Virus record (IMG/VR): IMGVR_UViG_2061766007_000322
DNA from: an uncultured virus (IMG/VR IMGVR_UViG_2061766007_000322)
Lineage: Duplodnaviria > Heunggongvirae > Uroviricota > Caudoviricetes
DNA length: 64,000 bases
Strand: one strand, 5' to 3'
Shown here: positions 20,701-28,251 of the stretch, one piece after another
Numbering within the stretch: the stretch's first letter is position 1
How the letters are laid out: every line of letters begins with the position of its first letter
Position numbers and translations under genes: made by a program
The notes under the pieces: model-generated
Told to the model about the DNA's origin: nothing
What the model saw: only the letters and a program-made list of their open reading frames with translations
The model's database searches: none

Positions 20701-21505
20701 TCATTTTTCCAAGAATAATCCTATGTGGGAAGGTGTAAAAGACTCTAAGACATATATGGATTGTTTTATAAATGGTAATAATACTCGTCATATAAAAAGA
20801 GTTGGTGAAGTTCTTATAAATAAAGCAAATGATGAAGTCATTGGATTTGAAGTTGTTGAAAAACCGAATAATTATCTTGCAATAGAAATTCCTGATAAAA
20901 AATGTCGTGGATATGGATTTGGTTCATTATTACTCGAAGATTCTATTAAGAAACATGGTTGTAAAAAACTTATTGTTGCAAAAGATAATAAAATTGCTAT
21001 AAAGATGTATACAAACAGAGGGTTTGAAAAAACTGGTGAATGCTTTGATGGAGAATATTGGCGTATGGAACTGAAAGAATCTGATTATACAGAAGCATCA
21101 TCGGAAAATCTTTTCCATGTATCATCTGTTAAACTTGCTAATACAACATTAGAACCAAGAATACCAGATAATTTCCTTGTAAGAAATGGTTATGAAGATA
21201 ATACAACTGAAAGAATATCAGTATGCAAATCTATTGATGATTGTCTGACAGCTATGTCAAGAAATCTTAAAAACAAAGATTTTTATGTATATAAGCTTAA
21301 GAATACAAATATCAAGAAGAAAACTCCATCTGTAAAAGAAGTACCTGATTCATCTATAACAAATGAAGTTTGGTTGTTAGAACCATCTGAGTTTGAATTA
21401 GTTGGAAAGATTCGTGTTACAGGTACAAAAGGTGATGGTTTACCATATACATATGGTGATAACACTGCCGAACTTTATAGATGGAAATGGTCTTATGTAA
21501 AATAA
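17711..21505 (+). CDS. Polyvalent multi-enzyme protein: Nudix, papain-fold peptidase, transglutaminase-like, ART-like, P-loop kinase, GNAT, ART-like
   Basis: PGGSFE...AECEEEARL; NQNCLLC/GGHEF/IDAQS; GGVCWDY/THTF/WYWFES; YYR..SYFT..DEYQ; ITGFSGSGKST; RGYGFGSLL..N..AIKMY..RGF; LFHVS..PRIP..RISV..EVW; CACA-N6-TAA at 17662. Confidence 0.75.
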   Translation: MLELFYESDITDDLYMPQHVKNAKYTLIEKKKFLEEAIKNGGYYGDNGCWNSILVFDNDKNIYRGRVETLVIKDNEYVYLKFLPKESQNDKRKYTIPGGSFERDVPNDKQAIAECEEEARLKIKNIQPTGITYKDIKPPPRWAINKQPINWNGNYTEVYVGTYDGKFTGHIDKVDEDRFMITGKFYKIDEIYRYLRKEHKDALKIIYPDRFGQNIVVRESGSSNRKFANVPSIKAMIKRIYSKTKKEEKLPTGNQNCLLCTWCVEAWFRGIDILPRAVYSPTDKIFDFEGYDIIKRPTKITIENKDDIKKFILAAGDRSRFYVHFKWKNGNGGHEFLLINIRDEIYLIDAQSNILEKITSPKVSSYFRDVDYEKSFIVRVDDKEINTSMLKYNDMEPKEFTPEDMKYIHDNDLIKKEYTDIEGEISINESSESVFDKILKLNDRLNDYEYMIPNNGNPITHIKNDDFIKYYVLLSPNEFEKYKGGVCWDYVAYEAMYFRAKYPNIKFETYYQVIDNRNDNPTHTFLIFEFNKKWYWFESSWKPNCGVYGFNNKDDCIEYIMQKLRLSGKNYGTYICKFDATDATMYGMNCVGYMNYMSFMIKPYKFTNKKIEPIFIYKGHCPTDSSHNKYYRILYGGIGIYEAFKRIVPINVWLEFKKSTACKWLPLPPKYENNYYSYFTYEGYKKFMDLTYPKMLKYLNKDKIETSIVELDENSIVYSDEYQIVATNNNCVIESEDNCPDDKEYTMESVIFNNKDTYYNKDKFDSGEINLCFITGFSGSGKSTMANEMEKSGIEKYELDDIAFQFNFSDENLKEYGGMIYSFFNGPGKKYRAVKSINDLKTDKEADDYQANICIDFIDYAKKYASSHKDKKFVVEGVEIFGAYIDKIESLKDYAIYIKGTSLFNSYIGSAKRDSQDAETNFGKFKSFMKMIASSSRFKQYLISNTRLNKIKKQINEYVTESEDKSELTKGFKSKTSNIQYKTLSIDNPEIYDYLKNHFSKNNPMWEGVKDSKTYMDCFINGNNTRHIKRVGEVLINKANDEVIGFEVVEKPNNYLAIEIPDKKCRGYGFGSLLLEDSIKKHGCKKLIVAKDNKIAIKMYTNRGFEKTGECFDGEYWRMELKESDYTEASSENLFHVSSVKLANTTLEPRIPDNFLVRNGYEDNTTERISVCKSIDDCLTAMSRNLKNKDFYVYKLKNTNIKKKTPSVKEVPDSSITNEVWLLEPSEFELVGKIRVTGTKGDGLPYTYGDNTAELYRWKWSYVK

Positions 21506-21510
21506 AATAT

Positions 21511-21544
21511 ATTGAGATGCACATGTTTAATTGTGTATCTCAAT
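21511..21544 (+). terminator. Hairpin terminator
   Basis: ATTGAGATGCACA...TGTGTATCTCAAT. Confidence 0.65.
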
Positions 21545-21557
21545 TATTATATATATT

Positions 21558-21694
21558 TATATATTATTTTGTAGAGTGATTGGTTACATATATCATTAAT
21601 CACTTATAAAAATTTGGCTTGAGACCCAGTAAGTTCTCCACTCATCATACAAGAGTGACGAAAACCGAATCTCGGTTATTAGGGAAAGGATAGT
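21558..21694 (+). promoter_or_regulatory. Class I promoter plus structured 5' leader (copy C)
   Basis: 13-mer; AGTGATT/AATCACT hairpin; TTGG/CCAG with GAGA/TCTC pseudoknot; CACTC/GAGTG; AACCGA/TCGGTT; GGGAAAGGA. Confidence 0.7.
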
Positions 21695-22177
21695 ATGAAA
21701 GAGCATGTTCTTAATGTTGTAACACTGGTTATTGATTCAATGATGAAATGTTACATTACCAGTAATGAAAAAACTGGTGATCCACATATCGAATTGGATA
21801 TGTGCGATGCTTCCAAAACAATATTGCATATTGCCGAAGCGTCTGAACTTTATAATGAGCTTCTTAATGTGTGGAAGTACAAAAATGCGGTAAAAAACGA
21901 AAAGACCCTTTCAGCATATGGTGTATCATGTCAGTTACCGGATAAACCGGCAAGTGAATATATTGACGACTCAATATCAGTTGATCAATTTGGACGTCTT
22001 ACATTAGATGTCACATCTTATGAAATTGATTTCCCGGAAATAAAATATATATTTGAAACGGTAAATGAGGCTATATCAAATGGTTGTATAATTGATGTGA
22101 AGAATCTTCGTGAGCAGTTAATCTATGAAATTAAAATTGGAAACTACTTTTATGGCGATGAGGGTGAAATAAAATGA
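21695..22177 (+). CDS. Paralog family B member
   Basis: SELYNELL...YGVSCQLPDKP...IDF...AISNGCIIDV, similar to 23507 and 24245. Confidence 0.7.
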   Translation: MKEHVLNVVTLVIDSMMKCYITSNEKTGDPHIELDMCDASKTILHIAEASELYNELLNVWKYKNAVKNEKTLSAYGVSCQLPDKPASEYIDDSISVDQFGRLTLDVTSYEIDFPEIKYIFETVNEAISNGCIIDVKNLREQLIYEIKIGNYFYGDEGEIK

Positions 22178-22467
22178 TGATTACGGAAACATGTAAATGT
22201 GCACCATGGAAAGAAATGTTAGATGATTTTAAAAAAAGAAATTCTGAAGAGTACCATGAAATTTACGGATTTACACCATGTATGGTTGATACTGAACTGG
22301 TTATGTTTCATAGGTGGTGTGATTACAGTGATTCAACTATGCCAAATGAATACAGATCATCACAGGGTTTAATGGGTATTGTAGAATTTCCAAATGGAAT
22401 TATAACGAAAATCCCTGCAAGTAAAATTAAGTTTATTAAACACATAAGATTTGATTCTGATAAATAG
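22174..22467 (+). CDS. Paralog family C member
   Basis: YGFTPC...VMFHRWCDYSDS...GLMGIVEF..G.I.KI.A.KIKF. Confidence 0.7.
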   Translation: MMITETCKCAPWKEMLDDFKKRNSEEYHEIYGFTPCMVDTELVMFHRWCDYSDSTMPNEYRSSQGLMGIVEFPNGIITKIPASKIKFIKHIRFDSDK

Positions 22468-22614
22468 GATGATAAAATTTCTAAAAATGAGGCTATATCA
22501 AATGGTTGTATAATTGATGTGAAGAATCTTCGTGNNNNNNNNNNGATGAAATTAAAATTGGAAACTACTTTTATGACGATTTGGATATGTAATAAAACTG
22601 AAAGGATGATTAAA

Positions 22615-22941
22615 ATGTATATGAAAGAAGAAATTCGACACATACCACCAAAAGAACTTCTGGTTAGACTCAAGGAAGAATATCCTGATCTATATCAGAC
22701 AACATATGGCCTTATACCGTGTTTTGTTGATGGTGTGCTTGTAATGTTTCATAGATTCTGTGATTATAGTGACTCAAGTATACCTAATGAATACAAATCA
22801 TCAAAAGGTTTAATGGGTATTGTAGAATTTTCAGACGGGACTATAAAGAAAATCTCTGCAGATAAAATTAAGTTTATTAAACACGTAAGCTTTGATTTTG
22901 ATAAAGAGGAAGATAAAATTTCTAAAAATGAAAGGAGGTGA
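22615..22941 (+). CDS. Paralog family C member (tandem duplicate)
   Basis: YGLIPC...VMFHRFCDYSDS...GLMGIVEF; AAGGA RBS before 22615. Confidence 0.7.
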   Translation: MYMKEEIRHIPPKELLVRLKEEYPDLYQTTYGLIPCFVDGVLVMFHRFCDYSDSSIPNEYKSSKGLMGIVEFSDGTIKKISADKIKFIKHVSFDFDKEEDKISKNERR

Positions 22942-22950
22942 TTTTAAGAT

Positions 22951-23382
22951 ATGAGTAAAAGAAAAAAACCGTATAATTATATAATAGTCACAGATAATAA
23001 CTTAATAAATATTATAGATAAAATATCAGATAAATCTACTATAACAGATGATACAGATGGTGTATATAACGTTGATGTTCAAGGAATGCTTAACTCTTCA
23101 TCTTATGAAATTGAAAAGATATATATAAAAGAAATAATTGATGTATTAAGTATAGCAAAAACATTGGAGCATAATCATATAATATACGATATAACAAATC
23201 CGCAAATAGTACATGCCCTTAATTTAGATCCAACTTATACTGAAACCGATTACAATAATCTGGATATGGATAATCATAAAATATGGGCAATATACTGTAT
23301 CAGTTATAGTAATGATAAGTTTGGTTGTTGGGTTGCTACACCTAAAAATCCAAGATTACCGAGAACAAAGTCATCCAAATAA
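22951..23382 (+). CDS. Hypothetical protein
   Basis: 143-aa ORF, AGGAGG RBS; terminator at 23383-23430. Confidence 0.7.
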   Translation: MSKRKKPYNYIIVTDNNLINIIDKISDKSTITDDTDGVYNVDVQGMLNSSSYEIEKIYIKEIIDVLSIAKTLEHNHIIYDITNPQIVHALNLDPTYTETDYNNLDMDNHKIWAIYCISYSNDKFGCWVATPKNPRLPRTKSSK

Positions 23383-23506
23383 GAATACCACCCCGTTGGA
23401 ATTATCTGCATTTCCAACGGGGTATTTTTTATATTTTTTAATAATTAATCGTTTTAAAAACAGTGGAATAATTTATATAATTATTAATATTGGAGGGATT
23501 TTAATT

Positions 23507-24031
23507 ATGACTGATATGATGGAGACACTTGTTACAACAGCAGTAAGAAATATCTTTCAGAAAGATGAAAACCGTAAAATAAGTAATAATACCATAACGT
23601 ACTCAAATGGTAATGCTATATTTGATGTTAAACCTGGAAGCGGATTATATGATGAACTTATGTTAGTTAACCAGTATTTAGAGGCTGAAAAAGTAGCTAA
23701 TAGTTTACATGAACTTGGTATCGATGTTACTCTTCCTAATAAACCCGATAGTGACTTTTTAAATACTGAAAAATATTCCATGTATGAAGTGATTGATGTT
23801 CCAAGCAGATATATAAAGTTAACCTGTAAATGTTCTATAAACTTTGGAGACTTAATTGATATATCTAACAAACTTAAAAAAGCTATAGATTTAGGATGTA
23901 CCGTTGACATTGACAGTATTGTAAGCACAATAATTGAAAATATTAAAAATGGAACATCTTTTAAATATTTAGATGAAACTGATAACTCTGTAAATGATAG
24001 AATAACTATTGATGAAAATTCATATGAATAA
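23507..24031 (+). CDS. Paralog family B member
   Basis: Likely start MTDMME at 23507 (GGAGG); SGLYDELM...LGIDVTLPNKP...INF...AIDLGCTVDI; AACA-N6-TAA at 23459. Confidence 0.7.
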   Translation: MTDMMETLVTTAVRNIFQKDENRKISNNTITYSNGNAIFDVKPGSGLYDELMLVNQYLEAEKVANSLHELGIDVTLPNKPDSDFLNTEKYSMYEVIDVPSRYIKLTCKCSINFGDLIDISNKLKKAIDLGCTVDIDSIVSTIIENIKNGTSFKYLDETDNSVNDRITIDENSYE

Positions 24032-24045
24032 AAACTATAGTTAAA

Positions 24046-24091
24046 TATAAAATACGGTTATGTACTTTTATAGTACATAACCGTATTTTAT
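24046..24091 (+). terminator. Hairpin terminator
   Basis: ATAAAATACGGTTATGTACT/AGTACATAACCGTATTTTAT. Confidence 0.75.
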
Positions 24092-24102
24092 ATGTCAATA
24101 CT

Positions 24103-24244
24103 TATATATTATTTTTGTAATAAAGTGATAGAAGCTATAATATGGCGATATAATCTATCACAATCATTTTGGCACGCACAGCCATAACAATAGTGCTACC
24201 CATGCTCGGGTACTGGGGTAATAACCCTGGGGAAAGGAGCAATT
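24103..24244 (+). promoter_or_regulatory. Class I promoter plus structured 5' leader (copy B)
   Basis: 13-mer; GTGATAGA/TCTATCAC; TGGC/GCCA with GCAC/GTGC pseudoknot; ACCC-ATGCTC-GGGT; GGG/CCC; TGGGGAAAGGAGCAAT. Confidence 0.75.
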
Positions 24245-24739
24245 ATGAAAAACCTGTCAACAACTGAAAAAGAGATCATTGGTGAAATCATCTGTGCGAT
24301 GTTTGGAGAAAGAAGATGTGGAAAGCCTTCAAGATATAAAATCCAGTACATCAATGACTATTGCGTGACTCTGTGTATGAACTCGGAAGATGATCCGTTT
24401 CACTATGATATGGAAGCGTTAATCGATTTTGAGAGTAAACAGAGTGCATATCTGGGTATGTGTAGACTTGGATATGCGGCATGTGTTTCAAAGCCGGAAA
24501 AACCAATAGTAGATCCGGTTGTAGAGGACTATTTCCATGATATTAAACCTACAAACATCGGCGAGATCCAGTTCACAGTTCAGTTCCCTATAAACTTCAC
24601 TAACGTTATGTCAGTGATCAGCAAAGCTATTGAGTTGGAGAAAGTTGGTTTGAAAATTGATTACCTGAAACTTATGGAAATGATCGAAGACGATATAGCA
24701 GCGGGCAAGTACGACGTTGATGATAACGATTATATCTGA
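24245..24739 (+). CDS. Paralog family B member
   Basis: RLGYAACVSKPEKP...FPINF...GLKIDY...IEDDIAAGKY. Confidence 0.65.
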   Translation: MKNLSTTEKEIIGEIICAMFGERRCGKPSRYKIQYINDYCVTLCMNSEDDPFHYDMEALIDFESKQSAYLGMCRLGYAACVSKPEKPIVDPVVEDYFHDIKPTNIGEIQFTVQFPINFTNVMSVISKAIELEKVGLKIDYLKLMEMIEDDIAAGKYDVDDNDYI

Positions 24740-25104
24740 TGAAATAGCATACTCTAATTAAAAAAAATCTGGCTGTGGAGAATTATCTCTGAAGACGATA
24801 TAGCAGCGGGCAAGTACGACGTTGATGATAACGATTATATNNNNNNNNNNTCGGGCTGTGGAGAATTATCTCTGCAGTCCGATTTTTTTTGTATTTATAT
24901 GAAATTATTTTTTTATTTCGTGTTAATACCATAAGCCGTTCTTATGGCATTAAACTTCTCGATGAGCTTTTCCAATTCATATTTACTTATAGTGGCTCCA
25001 CCTCTATTCTATAATATATTACTAAAATGATATATAATATAAATAATATTTAGAGGTGGAACTACTGTTTTTTCATATTAAGACAAATAAATAATTTAAT
25101 AAGG

Positions 25105-26910
25105 ATGGTGATTTTAATGGACTATAATAAATATTCAAAAGATGTCCATACTATAATAGATAATCTTTCAAAAAAAGAACGTAATTATATAGGTAATGGA
25201 TATTGGGTTGATTCTAACCATATTATATATCGTAAAGTTGAATATATAAGTAATAAACCAGTTGGATTTATAGATGTATATTCATTACCAAAGTTTAAAA
25301 ATTATGGTTTAATCATAATTGCAGTTAGTAAAGATGCTCGTGGTAAAGGTGTTGGAAAAAAGCTTGTAAATTCTGCAATTCAAAATTGTAAAAATAATAA
25401 AGATATAAATAAACTGAGATGGTTAGCAGACTCTGATAACATAGCATCTATTGATCTGGCTAAATCACTTGGATTTAAATTGAATAGTGATGGTGAAGAT
25501 AAAAAAGAATTTATTTATGATTTAAAAAATAATAAATTTATTACAGAAGCTTCAACTGCATTATATGCAGGTGTTGGTACTCTTTTAATGAGTTGCCTTG
25601 TATATGAAAAATTAATAAAGTCCACTAACGAACACGATAAGATCAAATTTAAAATGGAGAAACTTAAAAATGATTTAAGGAATAAAGAAACTTCTTATAA
25701 ATGTAAATCTAAAAATGAGGTTTCTAAAGATTTTGAAATACTATCTGACGATGCTGAAAATATTTTGAAATCTAATTTAAAAGAAGTTGTGGATTTATAT
25801 ATAAAAGCATATAATGAGAGTAATTTTAAAAAAGAGTATGGTGAGTATTTTAAAATATTTCCACAAAAATATGATACCGAATACACTTTAATTTATGAAA
25901 AAAATGAAACAAGATGTATGTATTCAATTTTTTTAAATATTGCTACAATATCTGTAAATAATCCAGATGAAAATTTTGTTTCTAAAATTATGGATGAAGC
26001 TGATGAAATACTCGATATTTATTCTAAAAAAAGAAATAAATTAAAAATAGACCATGATATTGATATAGAAGAACAGTCAACGTGGGATAATAATGGCTGT
26101 GATAAAAATATATATTTAAGTTATTATATATGGCTTAAACCAAAGTCTAATACCGATACGTATAAAGAAACAACTGGGTATGATAAATATAGTAATGACA
26201 TACACATGATAATAGATAACCTTTCTAAAAGAGACAGATCATATATTGGAAGTGATTATTGGTTAACTGCTGATTATATAATATATCGTAATGTTGAATA
26301 TGACAATGGAGTTCCGATTGGATTTATAGATCTTCACCAAAACCCAAATTCTAAAGGGTTTGCTGTACTGACTATTGCTATAAATAAAGAATTATGTAGT
26401 AAAAATATTGATAAAAAATTAATATATTCTGCTATGGAATTCTGTAAAAATAATGGTATATATGAATTAAGATGGCTTGTTGGAAGTGATGATATATATA
26501 AATTTAATCTTGCAAAATCTCTTAATTTTGAATTACTTTATAATATTGATGATGAAAGATGCTTTATCTATGATATAAACAATTTCAATAGTTCAGAAAT
26601 TTCTATGGAATCGGTTATATTTTCTACAGATAATATTGAATATAATACAGATACATTAAAACATATTAATGAATCCACTTTATCTTCAAAGGAACGTAGT
26701 AAATTAGATGATGATATATTCGGTATACCATCATTGAGAAAATATCCATTAAATGATAAAGCTCATGTATTAGCAGCAATTCGCATGTTTAATCGTGTTG
26801 ATAGAAAACATGAAAAAGAACTTGCACATAATATAATAACTGCTATGGAAAAATATAAAATAAGTACAGATATAATTGGTCCTAAGAATAGACTTCAATC
26901 TTATATTTAA
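25105..26910 (+). CDS. Polyvalent protein: GNAT, unknown domain, degenerate GNAT duplicate, DUF6582-like C-terminus
   Basis: ARGKGVGKKLV..N..S..LAKSLGF; internal duplicate from about 26176; LSSKERSKL...FGIP..RKYPLND.AHV; GACA-N6-TAA at 25082. Confidence 0.75.
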   Translation: MVILMDYNKYSKDVHTIIDNLSKKERNYIGNGYWVDSNHIIYRKVEYISNKPVGFIDVYSLPKFKNYGLIIIAVSKDARGKGVGKKLVNSAIQNCKNNKDINKLRWLADSDNIASIDLAKSLGFKLNSDGEDKKEFIYDLKNNKFITEASTALYAGVGTLLMSCLVYEKLIKSTNEHDKIKFKMEKLKNDLRNKETSYKCKSKNEVSKDFEILSDDAENILKSNLKEVVDLYIKAYNESNFKKEYGEYFKIFPQKYDTEYTLIYEKNETRCMYSIFLNIATISVNNPDENFVSKIMDEADEILDIYSKKRNKLKIDHDIDIEEQSTWDNNGCDKNIYLSYYIWLKPKSNTDTYKETTGYDKYSNDIHMIIDNLSKRDRSYIGSDYWLTADYIIYRNVEYDNGVPIGFIDLHQNPNSKGFAVLTIAINKELCSKNIDKKLIYSAMEFCKNNGIYELRWLVGSDDIYKFNLAKSLNFELLYNIDDERCFIYDINNFNSSEISMESVIFSTDNIEYNTDTLKHINESTLSSKERSKLDDDIFGIPSLRKYPLNDKAHVLAAIRMFNRVDRKHEKELAHNIITAMEKYKISTDIIGPKNRLQSYI

Positions 26911-26912
26911 TA

Positions 26913-26963
26913 TAATTAAGTGATATAAGCGAAAACTTATATCACTTAATTATATATTATTTT
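26913..26963 (+). promoter_or_regulatory. Terminator hairpin followed by class I promoter (26951-26963)
   Basis: TAATTAAGTGATATAAG/CTTATATCACTTAATTA then TATATATTATTTT. Confidence 0.7.
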
Positions 26964-27014
26964 TATAATGTGACCAGTAAAATACCAATTTATATCCAGA
27001 TATACTGTGTCATA

Positions 27015-27096
27015 AATCAAAATACAAAATAAAAAAGGCGGTGAAAAGTTTTTAGAATCAAAATACAAAATAAAAAAGGCGGTGAAAAGTTTTTAG
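27015..27096 (+). repeat. Exact 41-bp tandem duplication in a long leader
   Basis: AATCAAAATACAAAATAAAAAAGGCGGTGAAAAGTTTTTAG x2. Confidence 0.9.
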
Positions 27097-27289
27097 AATC
27101 AATAATGAACAGTTTTAAGAGTTCTGTTCAAAAAGCACTCATATTATCACATGTGAGTTATGGGAGGTTTCAGGTCATTACAGAACTTATAATAATGAAA
27201 AAAGGTTTGGATAAAGCCGTATCGAAAATGTAAGAAACGTAATGAAATGGTGCCTATACCAAAAATAATTATTTAAGGAGACTATAAAA

Positions 27290-27826
27290 ATGAAAAATTC
27301 ATTATCAATTAACAAAATCGGTGATTTGAGAGAGTCAACAATCGAGTTGGTTTTAAAGTTGTATTTTGACAGCAAAACTGACGCATATATTGACGCAAAA
27401 TCAAATAAGATCACCTTCACGGTACGTGACAATCACACAGAGTATGCGACCATAGAAGCAGTAGTTTCTTCTGACAAGCCGATCGCGGAGATAAAAAGTA
27501 TTCTGGATAAATATCATCTTTACTGGACAACCGACTCATTTGACAAAGTTCGCTACAGCAAGTTGGTCGATTACGATTACTTCGATATAACCGGGGATCC
27601 AAACGGAAATGGCCATATTGTGAAGTATACAGTTTCATTCAATATTCCGGAATTTATAGATAGTGAAAAATTTTTCTCTATCATATATGCAGTGAAAACT
27701 GCTGCGGAAACAGGACTGATCGCTTCCGAAAAATTTGGTCGTGAAGACTATATAAGCAATATGATTAAAACTATTGCGGTTGCCACAAAAGACGGTCAGT
27801 ACAACAATTCTACATGGATGATATAA
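27290..27826 (+). CDS. Hypothetical protein, distant family B-like C-terminus
   Basis: 178-aa ORF, AAGGAG RBS; FID...IIYAVKTAAETGL...ATKDGQY. Confidence 0.65.
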   Translation: MKNSLSINKIGDLRESTIELVLKLYFDSKTDAYIDAKSNKITFTVRDNHTEYATIEAVVSSDKPIAEIKSILDKYHLYWTTDSFDKVRYSKLVDYDYFDITGDPNGNGHIVKYTVSFNIPEFIDSEKFFSIIYAVKTAAETGLIASEKFGREDYISNMIKTIAVATKDGQYNNSTWMI

Positions 27827-27859
27827 GCATAAGTTACATCTGAACAAATAAATCAAACC

Positions 27860-27898
27860 AACAGGGAATGTTCTTTTATGAGCACTCCCTGTTTTTTT
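27860..27898 (+). terminator. Hairpin terminator
   Basis: AACAGGGA...TCCCTGTTTTTT. Confidence 0.7.
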
Positions 27899-28251
27899 AT
27901 ATTGTATACATAATATTAAATGTGGATTGATTTTTTCATATTGAACTTCCTTAAGCGAATAGAGAGAATGATATATCATTCTCTCTATTTTTATATTAAA
28001 ACAAAAAAATTAATATAAAATGAATGACGATGATATAAGAATGGATAAAAATAAAAGAGATTAAAATTATGAACAACCTTAATGAAAGATAATTCTGGAA
28101 AATATGATAATATAAATTCAAATTTATAAAATTAAACACTCGTATGGTTGTAATGAAAGAACTTTCATTACAACCATTTTCGTATTAAAACAAATGACAA
28201 TTAAATAAATTCTATATTATTAAAAAAATTAATAGAAAGGAATGGTTTATT

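Noticed and set aside
24687..24850. 50-bp direct repeat of the end of gene 24245 at 24791-24840
   Set aside because: It abuts an N gap and interrupts a terminator that reappears after the gap; most likely a scaffolding artifact.
28000..28090. Possible late promoter and micro-ORFs
   Set aside because: Spacing is N7 rather than N6, and the ORFs are under 15 aa with no clear RBS.
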